A stretch of DNA of 64,000 nucleotides, taken from Oscillospiraceae bacterium (GTDB lineage Bacteria > Bacillota > Clostridia > Oscillospirales > Acutalibacteraceae). This document shows positions 36,924-47,318 of the stretch, piece after piece; position 1 is the first letter of the stretch, and the number at the start of each line of letters is the position of its first letter. The stretch lies in contig SVOS01000002.1 in assembly GCA_015066245.1 (NCBI GenBank), forward strand, positions 51,000-114,999. The letters are read 5' to 3'. The position numbers were made by a program, and so were the translations under genes. The notes beneath the pieces are model-generated. The model searched no databases and was not told where the DNA came from. It saw nothing but the letters and a program-made list of their open reading frames with translations.

Positions 36924-38132
36924 TTATTTGTTAGCAATAACTGCAACACCGGGAAGAACCTTGCCCTCGAGATACTCAAGAGAAGCACCGCCACCTGTGG
37001 AGATGTGGCTCATCTTGTCAGCAAAGCCGAGGTTGATAACAGCAGCAGCAGAGTCACCGCCACCGATGATTGTTGTTGCCTCTGTCTCAGCAAGTGCCTT
37101 TGCAACAGCAATAGTACCTTCTGCTAAAGAGGGGTTCTCGAATACGCCCATGGGGCCGTTCCATACAACAGTCTTTGCGTTCTTAACAGCATTTGCATAG
37201 AGCTCCTGAGTCTTGGGACCAATGTCAAGGCCCATAATGTCTGCAGGAATCTCGTTAGCAGCACAGGGAGTAACCTCAATGGGAGCGTCGATGGGATCGG
37301 GGAAATCCTTAACTGTCATAGCATCAACAGGTAAGAGAAGCTCTTTGCCCATTTCTTTAGCCTTGTTGATCATCTCTAAGCAGTAGTCGATCTTAGTGTC
37401 GTCTACAAGAGATGTACCAACAGAGCCGCCCTGAGCTTTGATGAATGTGTATGCCATACCACCGCCGATGATAAGTGTGTCGCACTTCTCGAGGAGGTTG
37501 TTGATAACGTTTAATTTGTCTGCAACCTTTGCACCGCCAAGGATTGCAACGAAGGGACGAACAGGCTCCTCAACTGCGTTGCCGAGGAATGCGATTTCCT
37601 TCTGCATAAGGTAACCAACTGCTGTGTCCTTGATGTGCTCTGTAACACCTGCTGTGGAGCAGTGTGCACGGTGAGCAGAACCGAAAGCGTCCATTACGAA
37701 AACTTCTGCTAAAGATGCAAGCTCAGAAGAGAAGGGCTCAAGGTTCTTTGTCTCTTCTTTTCTGAAACGAGTGTTCTGAAGAAGAACTACGTCGCCGTCT
37801 TTCATCTCGGCAACAGCCTTCTTTGCGTTTTCGCCAACAACCTCGTCGTCGTTAGCAAAAACAACATCCTGGCCTAAAAGCTCAGAAAGTCTAACTGCTA
37901 CAGGAGCGAGGGAGAACTTTTCCTCGGGACCGTTCTTGGGTTTGCCGAGGTGAGAGCAAAGAATAACTTTGCCGCCCTGCTCGATAAGCTTCTTAATTGT
38001 AGGGAGAGCTGCTGTGATACGGTTGTCGTTAGTGATAACGCCCTCTTTGAGGGGAACGTTGAAGTCACAGCGAACTAAAACTTTTTTGCCTGCTACGTTG
38101 ATATCATCAACGCTTACTTTGTTGAGGTTCAT
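36924..38132 (-). CDS. pgk: Phosphoglycerate kinase
   Basis: [45 protein letters not shown]. Confidence 0.97.
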   Translation of the reverse strand: MNLNKVSVDDINVAGKKVLVRCDFNVPLKEGVITNDNRITAALPTIKKLIEQGGKVILCSHLGKPKNGPEEKFSLAPVAVRLSELLGQDVVFANDDEVVGENAKKAVAEMKDGDVVLLQNTRFRKEETKNLEPFSSELASLAEVFVMDAFGSAHRAHCSTAGVTEHIKDTAVGYLMQKEIAFLGNAVEEPVRPFVAILGGAKVADKLNVINNLLEKCDTLIIGGGMAYTFIKAQGGSVGTSLVDDTKIDYCLEMINKAKEMGKELLLPVDAMTVKDFPDPIDAPIEVTPCAANEIPADIMGLDIGPKTQELYANAVKNAKTVVWNGPMGVFENPSLAEGTIAVAKALAETEATTIIGGGDSAAAVINLGFADKMSHISTGGGASLEYLEGKVLPGVAVIANK

Positions 38133-38296
38133 GAGTATTTATTCCTTTCATATAAAATCTTTCAAAAAATGGCAAATTTAACCTTGTTAATTATACTACA
38201 ATGTCGTTCTAATTACAAGTATATATTTTGCATTTTAATAAGTATTTACAATAATATTTGGCTTCAGTCAAGGTAAATATGCAATATGCAAATTCA

Positions 38297-38797
38297 TCAG
38301 TCCCACTTGTGGCGGTGAAGCTCCCCAAAATTCTGAAGCTCGGGAAAGTTCCACTGCCTTAATGCCTCATAAACTCCTATGGCAACAGAGTTTGAGAGAT
38401 TAAGGCTTCGTGCCTCTGAAATCATAGGGATGCGAACGGTGTTGTCCTTGTTTTTAAGCAGCAACTCTTCGGGAAGACCTGCGGTCTCCTTGCCGAATAC
38501 AAGATATGCCTTGTCGGGATATTCAACCTCTGCATAAGTATGTCTTGCTTTGGTAGAAAAATAGAAGAACTTGCCGTCTTTATTTTTCTCAAAGAAATCG
38601 TCAAGATTTTTGTAATATGTGATATCCAGAAGATACCAGTAATCCAGTCCTGAGCGTTTGAGCTTTTTGTCGTCAACCTTAAAGCCCATGGGCTCAACCA
38701 GATGAAGTCTTGCACCTGTAGCTGCACAGGTGCGTGCGATGTTGCCTGTGTTCTGTGGAATTTCAGGCTCAACCAATACAATATTAAGTTCTGGCAA
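38297..38797 (-). CDS. trmL: tRNA (cytidine/uridine(34)-2'-O)-methyltransferase, SPOUT family
   Basis: PEIPQNTGNIARTC, LKRSGLDYW, FGKETAGLP, RSLNLSNS. Confidence 0.93.
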   Translation of the reverse strand: MPELNIVLVEPEIPQNTGNIARTCAATGARLHLVEPMGFKVDDKKLKRSGLDYWYLLDITYYKNLDDFFEKNKDGKFFYFSTKARHTYAEVEYPDKAYLVFGKETAGLPEELLLKNKDNTVRIPMISEARSLNLSNSVAIGVYEALRQWNFPELQNFGELHRHKWD

Positions 38798-38870
38798 AAG
38801 TTATCACCTCTAAAAGTATTTTAAACTGTAAATAATAATTATGCAAGTATGAAATGAGGAGGTGGAAAAA

Positions 38871-39050
38871 ATGAAAGCAATGACTATTGTAAAAGGTATG
38901 GCAGTAGGAGTAGTAACAGGTGTTGCGGCAGGGCTTGTGGGCTCTAAGATGATGGATAAAAGCACAAAAAAGATGATGAAGAAAAAAGCAGGCAAAGCCC
39001 TCAAATCCATGAGCGGTATGCTTGATACTGCGCAGTATATGTTCAAGTAG
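38871..39050 (+). CDS. Small basic hypothetical protein (59 aa, amphipathic/Gly-rich N-terminus)
   Basis: Strong GAGGAGG SD; KGMAVGVVTGVAAGLVG. Confidence 0.75.
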   Translation: MKAMTIVKGMAVGVVTGVAAGLVGSKMMDKSTKKMMKKKAGKALKSMSGMLDTAQYMFK

Positions 39051-39058
39051 GTGATAGA

Positions 39059-39376
39059 ATGGAAAAACTGACTGCCGAGAATTTCAGAGAAAAGGTTTAT
39101 TTCTCGGATAAGCGTCGGGCGGTGCTTTTTACGGCACCGTGGTGCGGATTCTGCAGGTCTATGAAGCTTATGTGCGAAAAAGCACAGAAGGATATTTCTT
39201 CTGTAGAATTTTACACAGTTGATATTGATGCAGAACCTGAGCTTAAGAAAGCCTTTGCCGTGGCAGCAGTGCCTACCTTCATAGTTTTTGAAGACGGCAA
39301 ACCCCTTAATAAAGCTACGGGGCTCATGAAAAAATCAGAGCTCTACACCCTTTTGGGTGCAGAAACACGTGCATAG
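39059..39376 (+). CDS. Thioredoxin family protein
   Basis: FTAPWCGFC active site, VAAVPTF..F.DGK. Confidence 0.88.
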   Translation: MEKLTAENFREKVYFSDKRRAVLFTAPWCGFCRSMKLMCEKAQKDISSVEFYTVDIDAEPELKKAFAVAAVPTFIVFEDGKPLNKATGLMKKSELYTLLGAETRA

Positions 39377-39454
39377 CAAAAAGGCTCCTATGACGGAGCC
39401 TTTTTGAATGATGCATCACTTTCGGTGATATGATGTCGCTGATGCTGCGGCAAT

Positions 39455-40501
39455 TTATAAAGCATATATATTCGTGTCCCATGCAGGGATGTAGGGGTGA
39501 TGTCTGAGGTGGATTTTGTAGTTCGGGTTTATGCGGTGGATTTGCAGAATAAGCTCAAATATGTCGGCATTTCTGTGGTAGGCACTTATACATAGCTTGG
39601 GCTTCTGTTCTTTTAAAAACCTGCTCATACCTTCCAAGGCTTCTTTCTCGGCACCTTCTACATCGGCTTTGATGTAGGTGACTTTTTTGTCGCCCAGAAT
39701 ACTGTCGAGAGCCACCGCCTCAACCTCGTAGCCTTCTTTGTTTATGGCACTTTGTCTGCCACCGCCACCCGAAAAATTAAGGGCGGTGTTTGTATTCCAT
39801 AAGGCATTGGGGTAGAAGGATATATTATCCAGGTTTTTCAAGTTGTCACAAAGCTTTGCAAATGTCTTTTTGTCGGGTTCGAATGCATAAATTCTTTCAA
39901 AGCCGCCGCAAAGTTCAATAAGCTCCTCTACCGTGTCGCCGCGATAAGCACCCAGGTCAGCGTAATGCTCTTTGTTGGTTAAGCCCAGAAGGTCAACCAG
40001 CGCTTCTTTCCGACTGCTTTCGGTTTCTAAAAGATAAGAAAGCTCGCCCGTAAATTCGAAGGTCAGGATATTCTCAAAAATTGACTTTGATTTTTTGTCA
40101 AGCAAAGAGTAGGCCGCATCTATTTTTTCTTTGTTTAAAATTAGAAAATCGCGGTCAATACATCCTTTGCCAAAAACGGGTACAACGGGCACCAAGGGGT
40201 TGAGCTCCTTGATTTTGTCCATAACTTCGGGGATACTTGAGGCAAAGCTCAGACAAAATATAGGGTCAGTGAGCCTTTCTTTGACATCCGTAATGCTTTC
40301 TACCTCAAACCCGCGGAAGGTACGCTTGCGTACAAAGCCGTCGCTGGCACATATTGCCGATAAGTTTATATTAAGTTTTTCAAAGATATCAAGCACTATA
40401 TCAGCGCCGTTTCCGGTGCCGTAAAGGACAAGAGGTGATTTTGTATTGCTGAGTTTTTCCCACACAGAGGTGTGAGCAAGGATTTTTTCTGTAATATTCA
40501 T
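39455..40501 (-). CDS. FkbM-family methyltransferase
   Basis: DLGAYRGD, YAFEPD, VALDS, IKADVEGAE, ISAYH. Confidence 0.85.
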   Translation of the reverse strand: MNITEKILAHTSVWEKLSNTKSPLVLYGTGNGADIVLDIFEKLNINLSAICASDGFVRKRTFRGFEVESITDVKERLTDPIFCLSFASSIPEVMDKIKELNPLVPVVPVFGKGCIDRDFLILNKEKIDAAYSLLDKKSKSIFENILTFEFTGELSYLLETESSRKEALVDLLGLTNKEHYADLGAYRGDTVEELIELCGGFERIYAFEPDKKTFAKLCDNLKNLDNISFYPNALWNTNTALNFSGGGGRQSAINKEGYEVEAVALDSILGDKKVTYIKADVEGAEKEALEGMSRFLKEQKPKLCISAYHRNADIFELILQIHRINPNYKIHLRHHPYIPAWDTNIYAL

Positions 40502-40505
40502 AGTC

Positions 40506-41591
40506 TTAAGGGTTGCAAGCCTTGCAAGGAGAGTATCCTTTGTCTATGGCTTCGTCTTCTGAAATAAAGTTTACTTTGTTCTTTTCTTTAATGGTATCAA
40601 TGGAGCCGCAATCGGGATAATGATAAATCTTGCTGTTTTTGTTTCCAATATAGCTGTAGGTTACGGTTGTTTCCTCAGGAGCGGTGGCAGGATGAGTGTT
40701 GGCAGGTGCAGTACCCAGCACATCATCACCCGAATAAAAAGTGACAAAATCACCATCGGAGCAAGCAACAATATGAGAGCTTTCGTCGGTACGATATATC
40801 TGAATGTTGCGTTTGTTAAGGTTGTCTTTTGTTTCTCTGTGAGGATGGCCGTAGTCGTTATTCTTGCCGCAGGAGATTACTGCTGCAACCGGATTTACTG
40901 CATCGATGAATTTTTCTGACGAGCTTGTGGAGCTTCCGTGGTGTCCGCATTTGAGAATATCTGCCGAAAGGTCATAACCGCCGCGCAAAAGCTCTTTCTC
41001 AACTTTTGATTCGGCATCTCCCATAAACAGGAAGGATACATTTTCGTACTCAAGTTTCAGTACAAGAGAGTAATTGTTGGTGTTTTCGTACTCTGCCTTG
41101 TGCTTGGGAGATAACACGGTAACGGTTGCACCACCTAAAGAGAAGGTATCGCCTATGTCGGGATTTATGTAGTTTACATCTCTTTCGTCGCAGGCATCCA
41201 GAACATAGTTCATATTCTCTTTTTCTTTGTCGCAAATAGGATGAACAAGATTCTTTACATTGAAGTTGTAGATAACCTGGCTCATTCCGCCGATATGGTC
41301 AGAGTGAGGATGGGTTGCAACGCAGTAATCGATATTTTTGATTCCGCGATTTGCTATGTAAGAGGTGACGGTGTATCTTTCTCCGTATAGACCTGCGTCA
41401 ATAAGCATTACCTGGTCGCCACATTCAATCAGGGTTGCATCGCCCTGACCTACGTCTATAAAAGACACGGTAAGCTCGCTGTTTGTGATTGATACATCGC
41501 CTGATAATACGTCCGTTAAATTGCATCCGCTTGTAACAAAAACAAAGAGGATAAAAAAGGACAATATGCTGATAAGTTGTTTAAATTTCAT
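40506..41591 (-). CDS. ComEC/Rec2-like MBL-fold metallo-hydrolase lipoprotein with C-terminal Ada-like metal-binding domain
   Basis: Lipobox TSGC; FIDVGQGD, THPHSDHIGG, MGDAE, GHHGS; YIGNKNSKIYHYPDC..PCKACNP. Confidence 0.85.
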   Translation of the reverse strand: MKFKQLISILSFFILFVFVTSGCNLTDVLSGDVSITNSELTVSFIDVGQGDATLIECGDQVMLIDAGLYGERYTVTSYIANRGIKNIDYCVATHPHSDHIGGMSQVIYNFNVKNLVHPICDKEKENMNYVLDACDERDVNYINPDIGDTFSLGGATVTVLSPKHKAEYENTNNYSLVLKLEYENVSFLFMGDAESKVEKELLRGGYDLSADILKCGHHGSSTSSSEKFIDAVNPVAAVISCGKNNDYGHPHRETKDNLNKRNIQIYRTDESSHIVACSDGDFVTFYSGDDVLGTAPANTHPATAPEETTVTYSYIGNKNSKIYHYPDCGSIDTIKEKNKVNFISEDEAIDKGYSPCKACNP

Positions 41592-41777
41592 AGAATTACC
41601 ACCTTTTGGCATATCTGTGTACAATTTTCGGGATGATATTCTTGTTTTTTGTAATGGAAAGTGCAAAAATCGCCCAAAAATAAAATTTAATGACAAAATA
41701 AGGGTATACAAAAATTATCTTGAAGTGTAAAATACAATATAAGAGGATATGAGATTAACGATAAAGGAGTAATATTT

Positions 41778-42656
41778 GTGCCTAAGAATTATCGCTATAA
41801 ATACGAAATTATTTCTGCTGATGACAATCTTCCCGGTAAGGTTGTTCTTTTTGACAAACCCGGTCAGGAGTGCTATACAAACAAGCACTGGCATAAGAAT
41901 ATTGAGATTATTTACATAATCAAGGGTAACTTCTGGGTTATGATAAACGGTATAGACAATGACCTGACAGACGGTGATTTTATTGTTATCAACAACGATG
42001 ATATTCACCAGACCTGCGGCAAAACTCCTCAGGAGAATGTTAAGTACCTTTGTGTTCAGTTTTCATATAACTATATCAAGGCTTACTTCGAGGATTTTGA
42101 GTCCTATAATTTCAATGTTAACAAGAGCGCTGCTGCAAAGGCAGAGATTACCAAGCTCTTAAAAGAAATCGTGGAAGAAACTCAGGACCAGACGGAGTTT
42201 TCTGACCTTAAGATTTCCACATCCATGTCCAGGATTCTTGTACATCTGTTTGTTTCCTGCAAAGAGGAGAGAAACCGCACACAGAATATTCCTGAGCATG
42301 AAGAACTTGAATATGCAAAAAAAGCTATTGATTATATCAAGCTTAATTTCAAGGAGCGTATTACTCTGGGCGAGATTGCTTCTCATGTAGGTCTTACTCC
42401 TACATATTTCTCAAGATATTTCAAGCAGAACACAAGAAAGACCTTCAAGCAGTATCTTAACCTCATAAGACTTGAAAATGCTCTGAGAGATATCCAGACT
42501 ACCGGCGTATCAGAAACAAGAGCGGCTCTTGAAAATGGCTTTCCCAGCGTAAAGGCATTTATTGCTGCATTCAAGAGTGTTTACAATTGCACACTCAGCG
42601 AATATATCAAGCAGTATCACGACGTTCCCTCGATTTCTGAGATCCGCAGAATATAG
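41778..42656 (+). CDS. AraC-family transcriptional regulator
   Basis: Cupin HWHKNIEI; C-terminal TLGEIA..YFSRYFK..GF.S..F HTH. Confidence 0.9.
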   Translation: MPKNYRYKYEIISADDNLPGKVVLFDKPGQECYTNKHWHKNIEIIYIIKGNFWVMINGIDNDLTDGDFIVINNDDIHQTCGKTPQENVKYLCVQFSYNYIKAYFEDFESYNFNVNKSAAAKAEITKLLKEIVEETQDQTEFSDLKISTSMSRILVHLFVSCKEERNRTQNIPEHEELEYAKKAIDYIKLNFKERITLGEIASHVGLTPTYFSRYFKQNTRKTFKQYLNLIRLENALRDIQTTGVSETRAALENGFPSVKAFIAAFKSVYNCTLSEYIKQYHDVPSISEIRRI

Positions 42657-42703
42657 TAAGTTGTTGCTCCCCTTATTCAAGGGGAGCTTTTGTTTAAATC
42701 CGT

Positions 42704-43402
42704 TTATTTTGCTTCGGGAGTTCTGTCATAGAAGCCCGATAAGAATTTGATGTCACGCTCGATTGCGTCCTTGCTGTTGCCCCAGTCTGCACCGCGGTTC
42801 TGATAATCAAACATCCTGCAGAAATGGGTGGTGTCGCCTTTTAAGGTCTCAAGATATCCTCGAGTAAGGGCAAGGGTGTCGTCATGAAAACCTGCAAGGT
42901 GCTTTGAGCTCATGTTGGCAGAGGCGTATTTCATAACCTGAGAATAATGCCTCATACAGATAAAGTCCTGGGATTTATAAAGCTCCTTGAATTCAGGGGA
43001 GTTTGCCCATTCTACAAAAACAGTCTGAAGAAAATGCTCAACGTCAAATTGGATTCTGTCGCAGATATAGCAGGAATCGGTGATTTCGTCTATTTTTGCA
43101 ATAGCTTTTTTGTCGGGTTTTCCGCCCTTTTTGGGAATGTAATTCTCCAGAAGATGATCCAGATGAGTCTCCAGAATAAGTGCAACGGGCAGACGTTTGC
43201 CAACCTCGACGATTTTTTCAAAATGTCTGGGGCAAAAGCCTTTTTTGTTGGTGGCAACCCTGGTGTCTGGGTCCATCATGGCGGAGCCTGTGATGAAGGT
43301 TGCATACTGATTCTCAAGCATTTCATACATACGGCAGAAGGGACAGCCGTCATGGAGATTAAAAATATCGTTAACCGGTATTGTACAGATGGTTTCTTTC
43401 AT
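42704..43402 (-). CDS. Cys/His-motif hypothetical protein (DUF6062-like)
   Basis: GCPFC, GFCPRH, CYIC, CMRH; DWGNSKDA. Confidence 0.7.
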   Translation of the reverse strand: MKETICTIPVNDIFNLHDGCPFCRMYEMLENQYATFITGSAMMDPDTRVATNKKGFCPRHFEKIVEVGKRLPVALILETHLDHLLENYIPKKGGKPDKKAIAKIDEITDSCYICDRIQFDVEHFLQTVFVEWANSPEFKELYKSQDFICMRHYSQVMKYASANMSSKHLAGFHDDTLALTRGYLETLKGDTTHFCRMFDYQNRGADWGNSKDAIERDIKFLSGFYDRTPEAK

Positions 43403-43482
43403 AATAATTCTCCTTGCAGTTAATAAAATAATTATATCACATATCGGATAATAATGCTATGGTTTTTTGAAGGTGAAAGAAT

Positions 43483-44322
43483 ATGGATTATAAAGTATGC
43501 GATAACAGAATAGATGTATATGGCGTTGAGGGTTTTGACCTTAAGGATACGCTTTTATGTGGTCAGTGCTTTCGCTTTAGTGAGAATGCAGACGGAAGTT
43601 TCAGCGGTGTTGCAAAAGACAAAGCCATCACAGTAAAAGAGTCAGAGGGTGTACTCAGCTTTTATACCGATGAAGACACATTTAACGAATTCTGGAGAGG
43701 TTACTTTGACCTTGACCTTGATTACAATAATATAAAAAAAGAGCTTTCTGTGCTTCATCCCATGCTTAAAGAGGCTGCTGATTTTGCCCCCGGTATCAGG
43801 ATACTTCGTCAAGACCCCTTTGAGGCGCTTGTTTCTTTTATTATTTCGCAAAACAACAATATTAAGCGTATATCGGGTATTGTGGACAGACTGTGTGCTC
43901 TTTGCGGCGAAGAAATCGCTGAGGGCGTGTATGCTTTTCCTGAGGTTTCAAAGCTTTCAGAGCTTACTGCAGAGGACCTGGCGCCCATAAGGGCAGGCTT
44001 CAGAGCAAGATATATCGAAGATGCAGTGAAGAAAGTAGCCTCGGGAGAGGTTGACCTTGACAGTCTGAAAAACCTCAGCTATGACGATGCAAAAGATGAG
44101 CTTATGAAAATTACAGGAGTAGGCGTAAAGGTAGCGGATTGTGTGCTTTTGTACGGATTTCACAAGCTTGAGGGGTTTCCTTTGGATGTCTGGATGAAAA
44201 GAGCTATGAGCGTGTTGTTTGACGGAATTGATGGCAGGAGTTTCGGAAAATATGCAGGTATTGCCCAGCAATATATATTCCACTACGCAAGGCTTCATCC
44301 TCAGTTGTTTGAAAATCTGTAA
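43483..44322 (+). CDS. ogg: 8-oxoguanine DNA glycosylase (HhH-GPD)
   Basis: LCGQCFR, GIRILRQDPFE, SQNNNIKRI, ITGVGVKVADC, PLDVW, GIAQQY. Confidence 0.88.
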   Translation: MDYKVCDNRIDVYGVEGFDLKDTLLCGQCFRFSENADGSFSGVAKDKAITVKESEGVLSFYTDEDTFNEFWRGYFDLDLDYNNIKKELSVLHPMLKEAADFAPGIRILRQDPFEALVSFIISQNNNIKRISGIVDRLCALCGEEIAEGVYAFPEVSKLSELTAEDLAPIRAGFRARYIEDAVKKVASGEVDLDSLKNLSYDDAKDELMKITGVGVKVADCVLLYGFHKLEGFPLDVWMKRAMSVLFDGIDGRSFGKYAGIAQQYIFHYARLHPQLFENL

Positions 44323-44525
44323 AATGCTGTAAATAATAACGAAAAATGAATTATTTTGAAATCAATTATGCAAAAACTGTTAATAATTTTTATATTTTAG
44401 AAATAAAACTTGATTTTATGAAGTATATTATGGTAAAATAAGTCATAAGTATTATATAAAGTTTATTGATGCCTCTTTATCACAGCAGAGGCAAGATGTA
44501 TATAGTGAATGTATAAAGAAAGGTA

Positions 44526-45914
44526 GTGATTGCTGTGAATACAAACGCCAACAATAATATGTATACTCAGGCTTCTACTGAGATAAAGAATCTTTGCGAA
44601 AAATGTGTGCAAAATTCTCAGATTGACCCTTCACTCTATGGAAAGCACAATGTTATGAGAGGTCTCAGAGACCTTAAAGGTAAGGGTGTACTCACAGGAC
44701 TTACCGATGTTTCTGAAATCAGACAGAATAAAATAGTAGATGGTGAGGCTGTGCCCACAGACGGCAAGCTTTTTTATCGCGGATATAACATAGAAAACCT
44801 CATCGAGGGTTTTGCCCATGACGGCAGATTCGGATTTGAAGAAATTGTTTATCTTCTTCTTTTCGGCGAGCTTCCTACAGAGGAGCAGATGGAAGATTTC
44901 AAGAGCCTCCTTGCAGGCTACCGCACACTTCCCAAGAATTTTGTCCGTGATGTTGTAATGAAGTCTCCCAGTGCTGATATGATGAATACTATCGCAAGAA
45001 GTGTGCTTACACTTTTCTGCTATGATTCTGATGCAAATGATATTTCTTTTGAGAATGTGCTGAGACAGTGCCTACAGCTTATTTCGGTTTTCCCCTTGCT
45101 CTCTGTTTACGGTTATCATGCATATAACCATTATGTAAGAGGCAAGAGTCTTTATATCCACAACCCCAAGCCCGAGCTTTCTACTGCTGAGAACATCTTA
45201 AGAATGTTAAGACCCAACAAAAAGTACACAGAGCTTGAGGCAAAGGTGCTGGATGTTGCTTTAGTGCTTCATGCTGAGCATGGTGGCGGTAACAACTCCA
45301 CTTTTACAACACGAGTAGTTACATCCTCGGGTACAGACACATATTCTGCAGTTGCTGCTGCGCTTTCTTCTCTTAAGGGTCCCAAGCACGGCGGTGCAAA
45401 CGCCAAGGTTGTAGGTATGTTTGACGAGCTTAAGAGCACCGTTAAAAACTGGGAGGACGAGGACGAAATCCGAGATTATCTCAGAAAGCTTCTTCACAAA
45501 GAGGCTTATGACAAAGCCGGCCTTATCTATGGTATGGGCCATGCGGTTTACTCAATCTCTGACCCCAGAGCCAAGGTGCTCAAGGGTTATGTGGAGCGTC
45601 TTGCTATTGAGTCTGACTCTATGAATGAATTTAACCTTTATGCAAGAGTTGAGAAACTTGCACCTCAGGTTATTGCCGAGGAGAAGAAGATTTACAAGGG
45701 CGTAAGTGCCAACATCGACTTCTACAGCGGCTTCCTTTACAGTATGTTGGGACTTCCCACAGAGCTTTATACACCTTTGTTTGCTATTGCAAGAATTGCA
45801 GGTTGGTCTGCACACAGAATGGAAGAGCTTATTAACGCGGGCAAGATTATCCGTCCTGCATATATGAGCGTTTGTGTAGAAAAGGATTACGTAGAATTAA
45901 AAGACAGAAAATAA
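44526..45914 (+). CDS. gltA: Citrate (Si)-synthase
   Basis: GLRDLKGKGVL, HAEHGGGNNST, GPKHGGAN, GMGHAVY..DPRA, NIDFYSG. Confidence 0.9.
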   Translation: MIAVNTNANNNMYTQASTEIKNLCEKCVQNSQIDPSLYGKHNVMRGLRDLKGKGVLTGLTDVSEIRQNKIVDGEAVPTDGKLFYRGYNIENLIEGFAHDGRFGFEEIVYLLLFGELPTEEQMEDFKSLLAGYRTLPKNFVRDVVMKSPSADMMNTIARSVLTLFCYDSDANDISFENVLRQCLQLISVFPLLSVYGYHAYNHYVRGKSLYIHNPKPELSTAENILRMLRPNKKYTELEAKVLDVALVLHAEHGGGNNSTFTTRVVTSSGTDTYSAVAAALSSLKGPKHGGANAKVVGMFDELKSTVKNWEDEDEIRDYLRKLLHKEAYDKAGLIYGMGHAVYSISDPRAKVLKGYVERLAIESDSMNEFNLYARVEKLAPQVIAEEKKIYKGVSANIDFYSGFLYSMLGLPTELYTPLFAIARIAGWSAHRMEELINAGKIIRPAYMSVCVEKDYVELKDRK

Positions 45915-45935
45915 TCAGGAAGTAAAAGTTATCAT

Positions 45936-47279
45936 TTGCTGCGAGTTGGTACGATGACTGCTTTTATGACCGAGCTTAATGGCTATCTTTGGGGTTTCCC
46001 AATGATAGCTTTTTTGCTTTTTACCCATTTGTTTTTTACATATAAAACCAAATTTGTCCAGAAAAAACTGTTAAGAGGCATAAAGCTCTCTTTAAAAGGG
46101 GATAGTACCCAAAGCAACATAAGTCCTTTCCAGACACTTTGCACGACTCTTGCGTCCACTCTCGGCACAGGTAACATCATCGGTGTTGCCACTGCAGTGG
46201 GGCTTGGGGGTGCAGGTGCGGTTTTCTGGTGTTTTATTACAGGAATACTGGGAATGGCGACTATGTATTGCGAATCTTTTTTGTCTTTGAAATACAGAGT
46301 TAAAAGTGCCGACGGCAGATACAAAGGCGGTCCAATGTATTACATGACAAAGGGCATGAGAAGCCGCAAAACAGGAATTTTTTACGGATTGTGTGCATCT
46401 TTGGGAGGTCTTATTACAGGCTCGGCACTGCAGGGAAATGCCATTACCACTGCACTTTACGGATTTTTGAAAGTGCCTAAGTCCCACAGTGCTTTTGATA
46501 TAAACATCATAACTTTGGTGACGGCACTTCTTGTGATAATTCTTACCGCATTTGTGATTATGGGCGGAGTAAAATCCGTAGGCAATGTGTGCCAGATAAT
46601 AGTACCCTTTATGGCGATAGTTTATATATTGGCGTCAATAGGTGTGTTGATAGTCAATGGTGAATATGTTGTTGATGCAGTTGTGCTTATTATTAAATCT
46701 GCTTTTTCGCCTCAGGCAGCGGTGGGTGGTTTTGTGGGCTCATCGGTTATGAGTGCCTGCAGATTCGGAATCTCAAGAGGACTTTTTTCTAACGAGGCAG
46801 GTGCAGGCACAACTGCAGTTGTCAGTGCTGCTGCAGAAGGCAAAAACTTTGGCAAGCTGTCGCTGGGTGCAATGACCGCGGCTTTTTGGGACACTGCCGT
46901 GATGTGCAGCGTTACGGGTATCATCATTGTGTCAGCAATGCTTGCAAATCCTCAGGCTGCCGCAGATTCAGCCCCCGAAATGCTGGCAAGCTTTGCTTTT
47001 GATACCTTGCCCATTTTTGGCAGACCGGTTTTATTTTTCGGGCTGGTGACCTTTGCTTTTTCTACCATAATAGGTTGGTCCTATATAGGAGAAAATTGTT
47101 TCTCTTTTGTTTTCGGTGAAAAAAGAGTCAGAACCTACAGGTTGTTGTGGATTGCTATGGCAGGCGTATCGGTTATGCTAAATTCAGAGCTGATGTGGAG
47201 CTTTGCGGATACGGTCAATATTCTGCTGGTGCTTCCAAATACAGTGTCCCTTTACAAACTTAGAAATGAGATAGAGTAA
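45936..47279 (+). CDS. Alanine/glycine:cation symporter (AGCS)
   Basis: LGTGNIIGVATA, GGAGAVFW, GGPMYY, RGLFSNEAG. Confidence 0.9.
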   Translation: MLRVGTMTAFMTELNGYLWGFPMIAFLLFTHLFFTYKTKFVQKKLLRGIKLSLKGDSTQSNISPFQTLCTTLASTLGTGNIIGVATAVGLGGAGAVFWCFITGILGMATMYCESFLSLKYRVKSADGRYKGGPMYYMTKGMRSRKTGIFYGLCASLGGLITGSALQGNAITTALYGFLKVPKSHSAFDINIITLVTALLVIILTAFVIMGGVKSVGNVCQIIVPFMAIVYILASIGVLIVNGEYVVDAVVLIIKSAFSPQAAVGGFVGSSVMSACRFGISRGLFSNEAGAGTTAVVSAAAEGKNFGKLSLGAMTAAFWDTAVMCSVTGIIIVSAMLANPQAAADSAPEMLASFAFDTLPIFGRPVLFFGLVTFAFSTIIGWSYIGENCFSFVFGEKRVRTYRLLWIAMAGVSVMLNSELMWSFADTVNILLVLPNTVSLYKLRNEIE

Positions 47280-47318
47280 AAGAAAACTCCGACCTTCTTA
47301 AGAAAGTCGGAGTTAATT